DNA from: Desulfomonilaceae bacterium
GTDB taxonomy: Bacteria > Desulfobacterota > Desulfomonilia > Desulfomonilales > Desulfomonilaceae
Assembly (NCBI GenBank): GCA_041740635.1
Contig: JBGSLQ010000034.1
Coordinates: forward strand, 5,726 to 69,725
Length of the DNA: 64,000 nucleotides
Reading direction: 5' to 3'
Made by a program: the position numbers and the translations under genes. The notes under the pieces were generated by a model. It was not told where the DNA came from, did not search any database, and saw only the letters and a program-made list of their open reading frames with translations. The stretch's first letter is position 1; every line of letters starts with the position of its first letter. Positions 49,665-59,060 of this stretch are shown here, in pieces.

Positions 49665-50429
49665 TTACCCGAATTTTCGGAAAACCTCCGGCATGGTTAT
49701 TGAGGTCTTGTTTCTAAAATCATGGATGGAAAACCTCGGTGCCTCATAACATGGATTTGCCTTACGTACTGACAGTATACGATCGGCATCGATTGGGAGT
49801 CGGACCATGAACGCGGATCGAAACACGGTCCCGTGCTTACCTCCAATGGATATCGGATTTCGATAATGTGAGATGACAACTTCCGGATCTTGAACTGCCA
49901 GGTCACAGATGGCTATTCGATGCTCTATTTTCTTAGAGCTCCATGCGCCATCCAGATATTCTGAAATTGCGACGCCAAAGCATTGCAGGATCTTTTCTCT
50001 CAACCCTGGACGAGGTCCGCTTTCAAATGCGGAATAGAGAAAATCCTTGCCGTCCACAAAAACATCCTCCACAGGAGCTAGAAACTCTATTACCAGGGGA
50101 AAATCCTTGTGCTCGGTTCGATTGTGCGTGTTCGCAAAGTAGGCGGCACCAGTCTTATCGCCGCAAGCGAAGATGAATGGAAAAGGAAGATCCCTCTGAC
50201 GAACACTCTCCGACGTAATGCACTGTACTGGTTTATAAAATCGAGTATGTGACGTAGAGAGATCGGGTCTGTTCAGCAACTCCGCTAAATTCGACCTGAG
50301 ATCAAGTATATAAGAGCTCCAGGGGAGTTCGTGAGACTGTTTAAGACCCTCTGAATTGATTTTTCTCTTTACCTGCTCAATATATCTACTCGCAACCGAA
50401 ATGCCTCTGTACATTTTCAACACAGCCAT
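49665..50429 (-). CDS. Hypothetical protein, possibly ADP-ribosyltransferase-like fold
   Basis: MYRGI...INSEGL...IFACGDKTGAAYFA pattern reminiscent of ART-fold families; not confirmed. Confidence 0.55.
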   Translation of the reverse strand: MAVLKMYRGISVASRYIEQVKRKINSEGLKQSHELPWSSYILDLRSNLAELLNRPDLSTSHTRFYKPVQCITSESVRQRDLPFPFIFACGDKTGAAYFANTHNRTEHKDFPLVIEFLAPVEDVFVDGKDFLYSAFESGPRPGLREKILQCFGVAISEYLDGAWSSKKIEHRIAICDLAVQDPEVVISHYRNPISIGGKHGTVFRSAFMVRLPIDADRILSVRKANPCYEAPRFSIHDFRNKTSITMPEVFRKFG

Positions 50430-50549
50430 TCATCCAAAACCTTCCTCTCACATCATTCAAGCACTTACAAATCAACCTCCGTCTCTCTCTTTCGTGTGCG
50501 AGGAAGGTAATGATTTGATATAGCCTCTTTTTCCAATCGCGATCGAAAA

Positions 50550-50858
50550 ATGAAGGGGAGAATGTACTTCATGACCTGCATTGAATGCAAGAGGGATGCG
50601 AAATGCCCCCTAACTTTGCTGTCATTCTTTGTTCCGAAAGGGACTACAGTCAGTGCCAAAAATTCTGTCGTTTGTCCCGCGTGTGAATCACAGGATATTG
50701 GTAGGGGCCGGCGTCCCTGCCGGTCCATTCTATCGATATCATTGATCATATTGAAGATGTGCCGGCACGGAGGCCGGCACCCACCAATAATCCTCCTCAA
50801 ATCGGACATCAATCGGACATTAATTTTGACAATTACTATAAAGAAAATAGCCCGGTAA
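50550..50858 (+). CDS. Small zinc-ribbon protein whose 3' half is translated repeat DNA
   Basis: CIEC...VCPAC pairs; frame runs into the REP doublet at 50701. Confidence 0.45.
   Translation: MKGRMYFMTCIECKRDAKCPLTLLSFFVPKGTTVSAKNSVVCPACESQDIGRGRRPCRSILSISLIILKMCRHGGRHPPIILLKSDINRTLILTITIKKIAR
50701..50784. repeat. REP doublet (REPIN-like), GTRG-type
   Basis: GTAGGGGCCGGCGTCCCTGCCGG and inverted GTGGGTGCCGGCCTCCGTGCCGG; each has an internal hairpin and a 5' GTAG/GTGG tetranucleotide. Confidence 0.75.
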
Positions 50859-50900
50859 TTCATTGCCGGGAATTTGCGTATCAACCGTCCCTCCGGGACT
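50848..50900. repeat. Second REP-like palindromic unit
   Basis: TAGCCCGGTAATTCATTGCCGGG ... CGTCCCTCCGGGACT hairpin pair. Confidence 0.55.
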
Positions 50901-51065
50901 CTAAAATCATTATGTTTTTTCTTAACCGGTGATGATCGCCAGCCTATTTTTCCCGCTTCTCGCGGGATTCCTCCGGAACAAACGACCAAGAACACGCTAA
51001 GTTAGCGCCTATGGGGGTTAGGGGAGATTTAGAAAGTCAGAGGTACCATGATTACAGGAGGAGAT

Positions 51066-51911
51066 TTATCTACCTCGCGTAATTGAACGGTTACTCGAAA
51101 ACAGGGAAAAATCGTGCGACACGCCTCTAGATGCTATTTGAGTAGGGTGAATGATATCGGCAAGAAAAGAGAGGCTGTGCATGAGATAGAAAGAAACCGG
51201 CTTAGTCGACTCCACAAGACGGCGTACAGTCGCCTCAAGCTGGCTTTTACTTACAAAGCGGCCTCCCCTGAGAGGTCTGTATGACCGGTTGTGATATTGC
51301 AGGACAAATCCGTGTTTGCCGAACATATCCTGGAGTTGCTTTGGCGTACGGTAGGTGTAAAAGCCGCCGTGCACCCGCTCGACTGATGGTTGCTTGTGGT
51401 TCGTTGTGCTTCGATCCAATATCGTCGTTTTCGAGGTAAAATAAGGTGATACATTCTTGAGTGCATCGTGGATTTGATCGTCCTCGAGAAATTCACAAAC
51501 TCCACTGAAATAAATGAGATCGTACGGTCTATCTCCTCTAAAATCTCCGATGTCTATTTCTTTGAGATCCACGTTCGCGATACCCAGGCGTTCGACACCC
51601 CCCCTGGCTATTGTCATGCCCTCATGATCTGAGTCTATGCCCGTATAATGCTTTACAAAGGGAGCAATGGACATTACCCAGCGGCCGTTGCCGCTTCCTA
51701 CTTCGAGAACGTTCATGTCCTTTGTGAAGCGCACAATTCGGTTGATATGCTTCAGCTCGAAGTAATGCCTGTAGGGATATTCGACCAGCCCCCCATCGCC
51801 CATGGGATGGACGCCAACAAGCTCGGGTGGATACTGTTCGTTATCATGCTCATACCGTTTGTCGTAACGGTGGTTTGACACATTGACCTCTGGCACGGAA
51901 TTGTTGCGCAA
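51066..51911 (-). CDS. Class I SAM-dependent methyltransferase
   Basis: VLEVGSGNG motif I, YTGIDSD, YDLIYFSGV; TTG start uncertain. Confidence 0.88.
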   Translation of the reverse strand: MRNNSVPEVNVSNHRYDKRYEHDNEQYPPELVGVHPMGDGGLVEYPYRHYFELKHINRIVRFTKDMNVLEVGSGNGRWVMSIAPFVKHYTGIDSDHEGMTIARGGVERLGIANVDLKEIDIGDFRGDRPYDLIYFSGVCEFLEDDQIHDALKNVSPYFTSKTTILDRSTTNHKQPSVERVHGGFYTYRTPKQLQDMFGKHGFVLQYHNRSYRPLRGGRFVSKSQLEATVRRLVESTKPVSFYLMHSLSFLADIIHPTQIASRGVSHDFSLFSSNRSITRGR

Positions 51912-51916
51912 TTACG

Positions 51917-53965
51917 TCAATGCAGAATTCTTTCACGCTGACGCTTCTCAGGACGCTGCTTGCCGAATGCTGCTCCAAACGTGAGCTGATGCTGTTCCAG
52001 CGCACGAATCTGATCCCGTAATTCGGCGGCTTTCTCGAACTCCAGGTCTCGAGCGGCAGCGAACATCCGGTCCGTCAGTTGTTTGATCAGACCGGGAATC
52101 TCGTCCGGAGCTACATCGGGCAAGTCGGGTTTCTTCTCAACCTCCACTGTGACGTAATCCTGTTCAGCCAGAGAAGAAAGGACATCGGTGATGTTCTTAC
52201 GAACCGTTTCCGGAGTTATGTCGTTTTCGATATTGTAGTCTTGCTGGAGACGTCGTCTTCGCGTGGTCTCTTCCGTAGACTTGCGAATCGATTCGGTCAT
52301 GTGGTCTGCGTACAGAATCACCGTGCCTTCGACATTACGAGCGGCCCTCCCGGAAGTCTGAATCAGTGAGCGTTCGGACCGCAAGAAACCTTCCTTGTCC
52401 GCATCCAGAATGGCAACGAGAGCCACTTCAGGAATATCCAGACCTTCCCGCAGAAGATTGATCCCCACGAGCACGTCGAATTTTCCCAAGCGCAGATCGC
52501 GAATGATTTCCATGCGTTCTATGGTGTGGATTTCCGAATGCAGATATTTCACCCGAATACCCAGACCTGCATAGTATTCGGTGAGATCTTCCGCCATTTT
52601 TTTCGTGAGCGTGGTGACCAGCACTCTATGTCCCTGATCGACACGTTTGCGGATTTCCCCTAAAAGATCGTCTACCTGGTTGGAAGCAGGTCGTAATTCA
52701 ATCATGGGGTCTGTCAGGCCGGTGGGACGAATGATCTGCTCTATTACCTGGTCTTTGCTCTTGTCCATTTCATACGGGCCGGGGGTTGCCGACACGTAAA
52801 CGGCCTGATGCACATGAGATTCAAACTCTTCGAACCGCAGCGGCCGATTATCCAGAGCACTGGGAAGCCGAAATCCATAATCGACCAGGTTTTGTTTTCG
52901 GGCTCGATCACCCTTGAACATACCGCCCAACTGGGGGATGCTCACATGGGATTCATCGATCATGAACAGGGAATTTTTGGGAAAATACTCCAGAAGCGTA
53001 GGCGGAGGCTCGCCGGGATTGCGTCCCGTGAGATATCGAGAGTAATTCTCGATGCCGTTGCAGTAGCCCATCTCCCTGAGCATTTCCACATCGAATTTGG
53101 TTCTTTCCTCTATGCGCTGAGCCTCGATGAAACGATTGTGGTCGCGAAAGAATTCCACCCGCTCTTTCATTTCTTCGAGAATGGCGTTTACGGACGAAAG
53201 CAATCTGGACCTTTCAGTCACGTAATGACTTGCCGGATAAATCGCAACCTTTTCCAGGGATCGGATCACTTTTCCCCGGAGTGGGTCAATCTCATAGAGC
53301 GACTCAACAGTGTCCCCAAAGAATTCTATCCGGAGCGCAACCGATTCCTCGTACGCAGGAAATACTTCAACGACGTCGCCTCGGACACGAAAGGTTCCCC
53401 GGTGGAAGTCTATGTCGTTCCTCTCGTACTGAATTTCCACGAGCTTCCGCAGCACTGAATCACGATCGGCATCCTCTTTGTCAATCAGGTGCACGAGCAT
53501 ATTTTGATATGCTTCCGGAGATCCCAGGCCGTATATACATGAGACTGACGCAACGATTATCACATCCTGCCGTTCCAGAAGAGATCTTGTCGCGGAATGC
53601 CTCATTTTGTCTATCGTCTCGTTGATGCTGGAATCTTTTTCAATGTACGTGTCGGAATGCGGTATATAGGCTTCCGGCTGGTAGTAGTCATAATAGGAAA
53701 CAAAGTACTCTACCGCATTCTCCGGGAATAAGCCTTTGAATTCGGCGTACAATTGAGCAGCCAGCGTCTTGTTCGGGGCAAGCACGAGTGTTGGTTTCTG
53801 TACCCTTTCAATGACATTGGCCATGGTATATGTCTTGCCCGAACCTGTCACACCCAACAATACTTGATGCTTCAGCCCGTTCTCCACACCGGTCGCTAAC
53901 GCATCTATAGCCTGAGGCTGATCGCCCCTGGGTACGTAATCCGAATATATTTGAAACGGCCGCAT
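51917..53965 (-). CDS. uvrB: Excinuclease ABC subunit UvrB
   Basis: [37 protein letters not shown]-terminal UVR domain. True start is MRPFQ at 53965; the track's extra 67 aa are repeat DNA. Confidence 0.98.
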   Translation of the reverse strand: MRPFQIYSDYVPRGDQPQAIDALATGVENGLKHQVLLGVTGSGKTYTMANVIERVQKPTLVLAPNKTLAAQLYAEFKGLFPENAVEYFVSYYDYYQPEAYIPHSDTYIEKDSSINETIDKMRHSATRSLLERQDVIIVASVSCIYGLGSPEAYQNMLVHLIDKEDADRDSVLRKLVEIQYERNDIDFHRGTFRVRGDVVEVFPAYEESVALRIEFFGDTVESLYEIDPLRGKVIRSLEKVAIYPASHYVTERSRLLSSVNAILEEMKERVEFFRDHNRFIEAQRIEERTKFDVEMLREMGYCNGIENYSRYLTGRNPGEPPPTLLEYFPKNSLFMIDESHVSIPQLGGMFKGDRARKQNLVDYGFRLPSALDNRPLRFEEFESHVHQAVYVSATPGPYEMDKSKDQVIEQIIRPTGLTDPMIELRPASNQVDDLLGEIRKRVDQGHRVLVTTLTKKMAEDLTEYYAGLGIRVKYLHSEIHTIERMEIIRDLRLGKFDVLVGINLLREGLDIPEVALVAILDADKEGFLRSERSLIQTSGRAARNVEGTVILYADHMTESIRKSTEETTRRRRLQQDYNIENDITPETVRKNITDVLSSLAEQDYVTVEVEKKPDLPDVAPDEIPGLIKQLTDRMFAAARDLEFEKAAELRDQIRALEQHQLTFGAAFGKQRPEKRQRERILH

Positions 53966-54004
53966 GTATCTGTTCCTCAACTTCGTATTCAAGGAAGTAA
54001 TATC

Positions 54005-54164
54005 GGGGAAACCCTTCTTGAAAGAAGTGTTTCCCCGAACCCCATCCCAAGAACTTCCAATATTTGGCTGCATCTTTGTTTGCTTCGCAAACAAATGATG
54101 CAGCCAAGTGTTAAAAGTTTCTTGGAAAGGCTTGGGGAACATCCTTTTACAAAGAAGGTTCCCC
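54005..54164. repeat. ~160-bp nested imperfect palindrome (MITE/REP-like)
   Basis: Two ~78-bp inverted arms around a TTC loop at 54084-54086; each arm ends in its own GGGGAA(A)C...GTT(T)CCCC hairpin. Confidence 0.85.
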
Positions 54165-54199
54165 AACTTTACTGCTTAAATGCGAACCTAATACGCTCT

Positions 54200-54739
54200 T
54201 TATTTTAGAGATGGCTTAAGGATCTTGAGGGAATTATGGATTTTGCGTATCACTTTTTCCAAGTTCTTGAATCCCTGGGTTCGATCCGAAACAACCATCT
54301 GGAGCACTCGTTCCTCAGCAATGTAATACTGTACAAGCTGTACGAGCTGTAGACCGCGATGATCCTTATAAAGAAGAATAGTGTAGCCTTGAGTTCCGTC
54401 AAGTCCCTTTATTTTGCCTTCTTCGAGAACCGAGCTGTCTTTCATCTCTTGCTTCAGTTTTCGGAAGAGGTCGGCAATTGTCTCTGCCGTAACAGGACCT
54501 TTCTTTTGGCGCTCCTGGATAAAAACGCTAATTCTTAAGGTGGCTCCGGGGTGAAAAATCTTGACCTCATTTTCGCCGGCAGTTTTCAGGGTCATGGATG
54601 TCGGGTAATCGAAGGTGAATCTCCCGGCAGGATCGACATACTTTGAAAAACCGTCTTGCCCGGATGCAGTTCCCGAAAATGCCATCGATAGTACGATCGT
54701 GAGAAACGTTGCTCGTGTAATCACTCGTCGCGACTCCAC
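54200..54739 (-). CDS. Hypothetical secreted protein (PsbP-like fold suspected)
   Basis: Signal peptide; YVDPAGRFTFDYP motif. Confidence 0.7.
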   Translation of the reverse strand: MESRRVITRATFLTIVLSMAFSGTASGQDGFSKYVDPAGRFTFDYPTSMTLKTAGENEVKIFHPGATLRISVFIQERQKKGPVTAETIADLFRKLKQEMKDSSVLEEGKIKGLDGTQGYTILLYKDHRGLQLVQLVQYYIAEERVLQMVVSDRTQGFKNLEKVIRKIHNSLKILKPSLK

Positions 54740-55614
54740 CCCTGTTTACGACGTGTCGATTTTTCTTCCTTTTCATCAGCAGGAGGACGTTTTATATCCG
54801 ATAATGCCTGCCCAAGAGTTCGCGCCAATCCGTATGTTGCGACTTGCAGGCCGTTGATTATTCTCGACCTGAACCATCGATCCGGCTCGGATTCCCGGAA
54901 TGCCGCCAGATTCTCCAATTCTTTGTCGCTCAAGTGCCTGAACGTGTAAGCAATGGTTGTGATTGCCGTTTCCTCTATTCTGCCCTTTTCAAAGCCGAGC
55001 CCTTTTTCTATCGTGCCGATCTTTTCGTGTAACTGATCGTCGTTTGCTGCATTTTCGTGATCCGATCCGGAGAGCAATCCTTCGATGACACTTTTTACGA
55101 GAACCTGATTGTTGCCATATACGTCCTCTGCGGCAACGATTCTTCTCATGAGCTCTAAACGTTCGTCATCCTGTGACACTGCCATCTTTCGGCTTTCTCG
55201 AATATTCTTCAGCAGACCGGGATCCAGACCGTTTTCCTGGGCTCGTGCAATTTTTTTTCCCAGAGATGATTCATAAAATTCTACTACTTTGCCGAGGTAT
55301 TCCTGCTGAAATCCATCACGGATAGAAGAGTGCAAGATATTCAGCAAAGTGTCTCGGGAGAAATTCTTTTTAAGCAACGCTTCGGTTTCGTTCCTCAATC
55401 TGGAGTCCGGAAACACATCGGAAGGAATAGCGGCCAGGACAGACTTGGGCAATGCGTCGAGCTGACCTGTAATCCCGGAAATCTTGAGCGCTTGATCGAT
55501 CAGGCTGTCTGTATCATCGGCAAATGTCGCCTGTGAGGTAAACAAGATCAGAACAAGCGTCAATACAACCGATGCGCGGCTCGGTGGTCGAGGTATGGTG
55601 TTCGTCTCCTTCAA
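54721..55614 (-). CDS. Hypothetical secreted helical protein (DUF2059-like)
   Basis: Signal peptide; repeated L..VVEFYES.LGKKI / LSDKELENLAAFRES motif. Confidence 0.7.
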   Translation of the reverse strand: MKETNTIPRPPSRASVVLTLVLILFTSQATFADDTDSLIDQALKISGITGQLDALPKSVLAAIPSDVFPDSRLRNETEALLKKNFSRDTLLNILHSSIRDGFQQEYLGKVVEFYESSLGKKIARAQENGLDPGLLKNIRESRKMAVSQDDERLELMRRIVAAEDVYGNNQVLVKSVIEGLLSGSDHENAANDDQLHEKIGTIEKGLGFEKGRIEETAITTIAYTFRHLSDKELENLAAFRESEPDRWFRSRIINGLQVATYGLARTLGQALSDIKRPPADEKEEKSTRRKQGWSRDE

Positions 55615-55627
55615 TTGGTTTGTACCT

Positions 55628-56062
55628 TTAGAGCGAATGGAATTCCGAAGGAATCTGTTTCAGTTCCCCTTCCGGACTGACGGCCACCAGAGTAACCGTT
55701 GCCGTAATAAGATAATCCCGAGGCTCCCCTTGACGGGTGATTATCTGTTTGACAACAATCCTGAACCGCGTCGTGCTTTCAATCCAGGTCCGCACGACCA
55801 GTGAATCTCCCAATCTGGCGGGAGCATGGAATACAATCTCAACCTTGTGCACCATGAACAGATATCCGTTATTGTGGTACTCTGCTACGCTGGCCAAACG
55901 TTTCTCAACGTATTCCGTACGGGCTCGTTCCAGGAATTTCAAGTAATTGGCATGATATACTACTCCCATGCAATCCGTGTCCTCGTAGTACACCTTGCAA
56001 TCGAAGAGCAGCTCTACAGGACGTGAAGCCGCTTTGGCCGATGTGGTTTCTTTCGTGTCCAA
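55628..56062 (-). CDS. YbgC/FadM-family acyl-CoA thioesterase
   Basis: VYYEDTDCMGVVYHANYLKFLERARTE. Confidence 0.93.
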   Translation of the reverse strand: MDTKETTSAKAASRPVELLFDCKVYYEDTDCMGVVYHANYLKFLERARTEYVEKRLASVAEYHNNGYLFMVHKVEIVFHAPARLGDSLVVRTWIESTTRFRIVVKQIITRQGEPRDYLITATVTLVAVSPEGELKQIPSEFHSL

Positions 56063-56328
56063 GGTTCGGGTCCTTTCGAATGACTTCCCGGTCGAACAGT
56101 CCGGGACAGCATAACGGATTCCTCGTCAACAGAAAACCCCCCACCTGCAGCAGAGGATTGGAGGAAATGATATTGCCAGGGCGAAGCCCGGAGGCTGCCT
56201 CAGAATGTAGATTACTGGTATTGAGGCGGTGTCATGATTGACCGAATTTGGGAAGGCATGCGTCCCACGTTTCGCGGGATGCCCCTACCTAGTATCGGAA
56301 CTGCTCACTCAGCAATTCCATCAAATGC

Positions 56329-56393
56329 TGTCATTGCGAGGAGAGCAGCGACGTGGCAATCTCCTGAAATTAGGCACCTGAGTAAAGAGATTG
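56329..56393 (+). repeat. RPE/REP-like palindromic element, partly decayed
   Basis: TGTCATTGCGAGGAGAGCAGCGACGTGGCAATCTC followed by GAGATTG; resembles the widespread GTCATTGCGAG...GGCAATCT repeat type. Confidence 0.6.
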
Positions 56394-56478
56394 TCCCGCG
56401 AGACGCGAGATCGCGCGCTCTTCGGGAACAACGTCAGGTTGTCCCGTTTTGTATTCGGAGCCGTCGATGAACAGCGTG

Positions 56479-57828
56479 TCAATCAGATGAATCCGGCTTT
56501 TCAGGGTCGCTCTCTTCCGAATCCCGGTATCCGGTCTTTTCCATCCATTCCTTTATGGTCTGTTCGTATCCTCGTCCTGTCGGATGATAGAACCGTGTCT
56601 CCCGGATTTCCTCCGGGAGGTGCTCCTGGTCCACCTTTGCATCGGCAAAATCGTGGGCGTACTTATAACCTTTTCCGTACCCGATTTTTTTCATGAATCG
56701 GGTGGGAGCGTTCCGAAGGTGCAAAGGCACGGGTAAATGGCCTGTTGCCGCAATCTCTTCCTTCACTGCAATGTACGCGGCTTCAAGCGCATTCGATTTG
56801 GGTGACGTCGCGAGAAACACCACAACCTGTGCCAAAGCCAAAGCGCATTCGGGCAGACCTATGTACTGGCAGGCCTGGTATGCTGCAACTGCCTGTTCCA
56901 GAGCACGCGGAGACGCAAGGCCCACGTCCTCGCTGGCAAACCTGACCAGTCGCCGCGCCACGTACAGTGGGTCTTCTCCCGCTTCGATCATGCGACCCAT
57001 CCAGTACAGCCCTGCATCGGGATCGCTATCTCGTAACGATTTATGGAGTGCGCTGATGAGATTGTAATGCTCTTCGCCCGTCTTGTCGTACAGCAGGCTT
57101 CTCTTTTGAGCCAGCTCTCTCACCAGATCGATGGAAATCACTCCCTCATGATGCTTTTCAGCTTCCAGGGCTGCAGGTTCGAGCAGGTTCAACGCAGATC
57201 GTGCATCGCCTCCCGAGATAACCGCTATGAAATGCTCGGCATCTTCATTCAGCTTCACCTGCAAATTGCCTAAACCCTGTTCTGTATCCGTCAGACCGCG
57301 ACGAATGATAGCGCGGATATGTTCGTCGGAAAGCGATTCCAAAATGAATACACGAAGCCGTGACAGCAACGCGGAGTTTACCTCGAAACTCGGATTTTCC
57401 GTGGTTGCTCCGATTAAGATCAGCGTACCTCGCTCTACATGAGGAAGAAGATAATCCTGCTGAGACTTGTTGAACCGATGGATTTCGTCCAGGAAGAGAA
57501 TGGTTCGGGTGCCTCCGTACTTGAGATCGTCCCGGGCTCGTGCAGCGATTTCCTTTATTTCCTTGACCCCCGCGGTAACCGCTGAGAAGGGTACGAATTT
57601 TGATCCTGTCGCCTCCGCGATAATGGTTGCCAGCGTTGTTTTTCCGGTTCCAGGCGGTCCCCAGAACAGCATGGAAAACAGCCGGTCATCTCGAATGGCA
57701 TTCCTCAGGATCTTACCTGGGCCGATAATGCTTTCCTGACCGACGAAATCGTCCAGGCTTCGCGGTCTCATTCTGTCAGCCAGGGGTCTGTCCGGACCCG
57801 TAACCAAAATGTTGTCGAACATATCCAT
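56479..57828 (-). CDS. rarA: Replication-associated recombination protein A (AAA+)
   Basis: PLADRMRP, WGPPGTGKTT, DEIHRFNKSQQD, GATTENPSFEVN, EEHYNLISALHKS; ATG 57828. Confidence 0.96.
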   Translation of the reverse strand: MDMFDNILVTGPDRPLADRMRPRSLDDFVGQESIIGPGKILRNAIRDDRLFSMLFWGPPGTGKTTLATIIAEATGSKFVPFSAVTAGVKEIKEIAARARDDLKYGGTRTILFLDEIHRFNKSQQDYLLPHVERGTLILIGATTENPSFEVNSALLSRLRVFILESLSDEHIRAIIRRGLTDTEQGLGNLQVKLNEDAEHFIAVISGGDARSALNLLEPAALEAEKHHEGVISIDLVRELAQKRSLLYDKTGEEHYNLISALHKSLRDSDPDAGLYWMGRMIEAGEDPLYVARRLVRFASEDVGLASPRALEQAVAAYQACQYIGLPECALALAQVVVFLATSPKSNALEAAYIAVKEEIAATGHLPVPLHLRNAPTRFMKKIGYGKGYKYAHDFADAKVDQEHLPEEIRETRFYHPTGRGYEQTIKEWMEKTGYRDSEESDPEKPDSSD

Positions 57829-58070
57829 ACTGCTGAACCTAACGCTAAGCGAGTCGATTATCAAGAGCACATTCGCTTCATATTCGATTTTGCTAATTTG
57901 TCACGCGAAAACAATTGGTTGTGTTTTTTCAATTTTTTCGGAAATCAGGTTTCGAGTACGAAACAGAAAAACTCCGCTAAAGAACTACGCGCTCAAGAAT
58001 AATTCTTCCAGGAATTTTGTAGTAAAAAATCTACAGTGATATTAGGTACTCTACCATTTCCCTGGATTTT

Positions 58071-58964
58071 ATGGCTGATCCGTGGTACTTAATTCTGTCC
58101 AAATACTCGAAATCTGTCGAGGCTTGCATGCAACGAATCGGATTCGTGTTGAAACGCGGAGATCAGGAAGCGATTCGGCTCGGTGAAAAGATCAAGAATT
58201 TTGTGCTGAAATCCGGCAAAGAGGTGCTGCTTGAATCCGCGCTCACCGCACTAGCCGACCAATGGGGTGGCCGGGCCACAGACCGCCTCACGGACGAAGC
58301 AGATATTTTGATTGTGCTTGGAGGAGACGGCACGATACTTCGCGCCGCGTCTCTGCTGAATGAAAAGTCTATGCCCGTATTGGGCGTGAATCTCGGAAGA
58401 GTTGGATTTATGGCCGAGCTTTCACCGGATGATGCTATTTCCGAACTTGAGTCCGTAATGCAAGGGACTGCGGAATATGCGACCAGAATGCTTCTGGAGA
58501 TTACGTGGCAAGAATCAAGCCGGATGCGCGTTCTCAACGATGCAGTAATCCACTGGGGAGCAATCGCGCGATTGATCGATTTGGGACTGAGAATAGGCTC
58601 TTCCAGCGAAATAGAACTCAGGGCCGACGGGCTGATCGTGTCTACTCCAACAGGTTCCAGCGCTTACTCGTATGCAGCGCACGGTCCTTTGGTTCATCCG
58701 GATGTGGAGGGTATTCTCCTCACACCGATCTGTCCCTATGTGGGACTAAGGCGTCCCCTGTTGCTTCCTGCGAATGTGGAAATTGAAGTACTCCTCAAGA
58801 AAGGGCCATCTCTCACGATGACTCTGGACGGTCACACGACGATTAACCTTGAGGAGGGTCAATCGATTCGTATTAAGAAAGCGCCGATTCCTTTTACTAT
58901 GGTAAAGTGCAGGACCAGGGATTACTTTGAACTTTTAAAGCAAAAAAAACTTGGCCTTGTGTGA
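58071..58964 (+). CDS. nadK: NAD(+) kinase
   Basis: LGGDGT, GVNLGRVGF, LNDA, DGLIVSTPTGSSAYS. Confidence 0.95.
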   Translation: MADPWYLILSKYSKSVEACMQRIGFVLKRGDQEAIRLGEKIKNFVLKSGKEVLLESALTALADQWGGRATDRLTDEADILIVLGGDGTILRAASLLNEKSMPVLGVNLGRVGFMAELSPDDAISELESVMQGTAEYATRMLLEITWQESSRMRVLNDAVIHWGAIARLIDLGLRIGSSSEIELRADGLIVSTPTGSSAYSYAAHGPLVHPDVEGILLTPICPYVGLRRPLLLPANVEIEVLLKKGPSLTMTLDGHTTINLEEGQSIRIKKAPIPFTMVKCRTRDYFELLKQKKLGLV

Positions 58965-59060
58965 GCTTTCACGTATACGATCCTGGAGCAAAGGGACGTT
59001 ATTCGCAGCAATTCTCACGTCCGTAAACACGTCGCATGATTGTGAAAAACCGCTTCCTGA

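Noticed and set aside
51891-51908. TGGCACGGAATTGTTGC sigma-54-like sequence
   Set aside because: Wrong GG-to-GC spacing, and it lies antisense within a coding region.
53966-54166. 67-aa N-terminal extension of UvrB in the ORF track
   Set aside because: It is translated palindromic repeat DNA; the canonical UvrB N-terminus begins at MRPFQ (53965).
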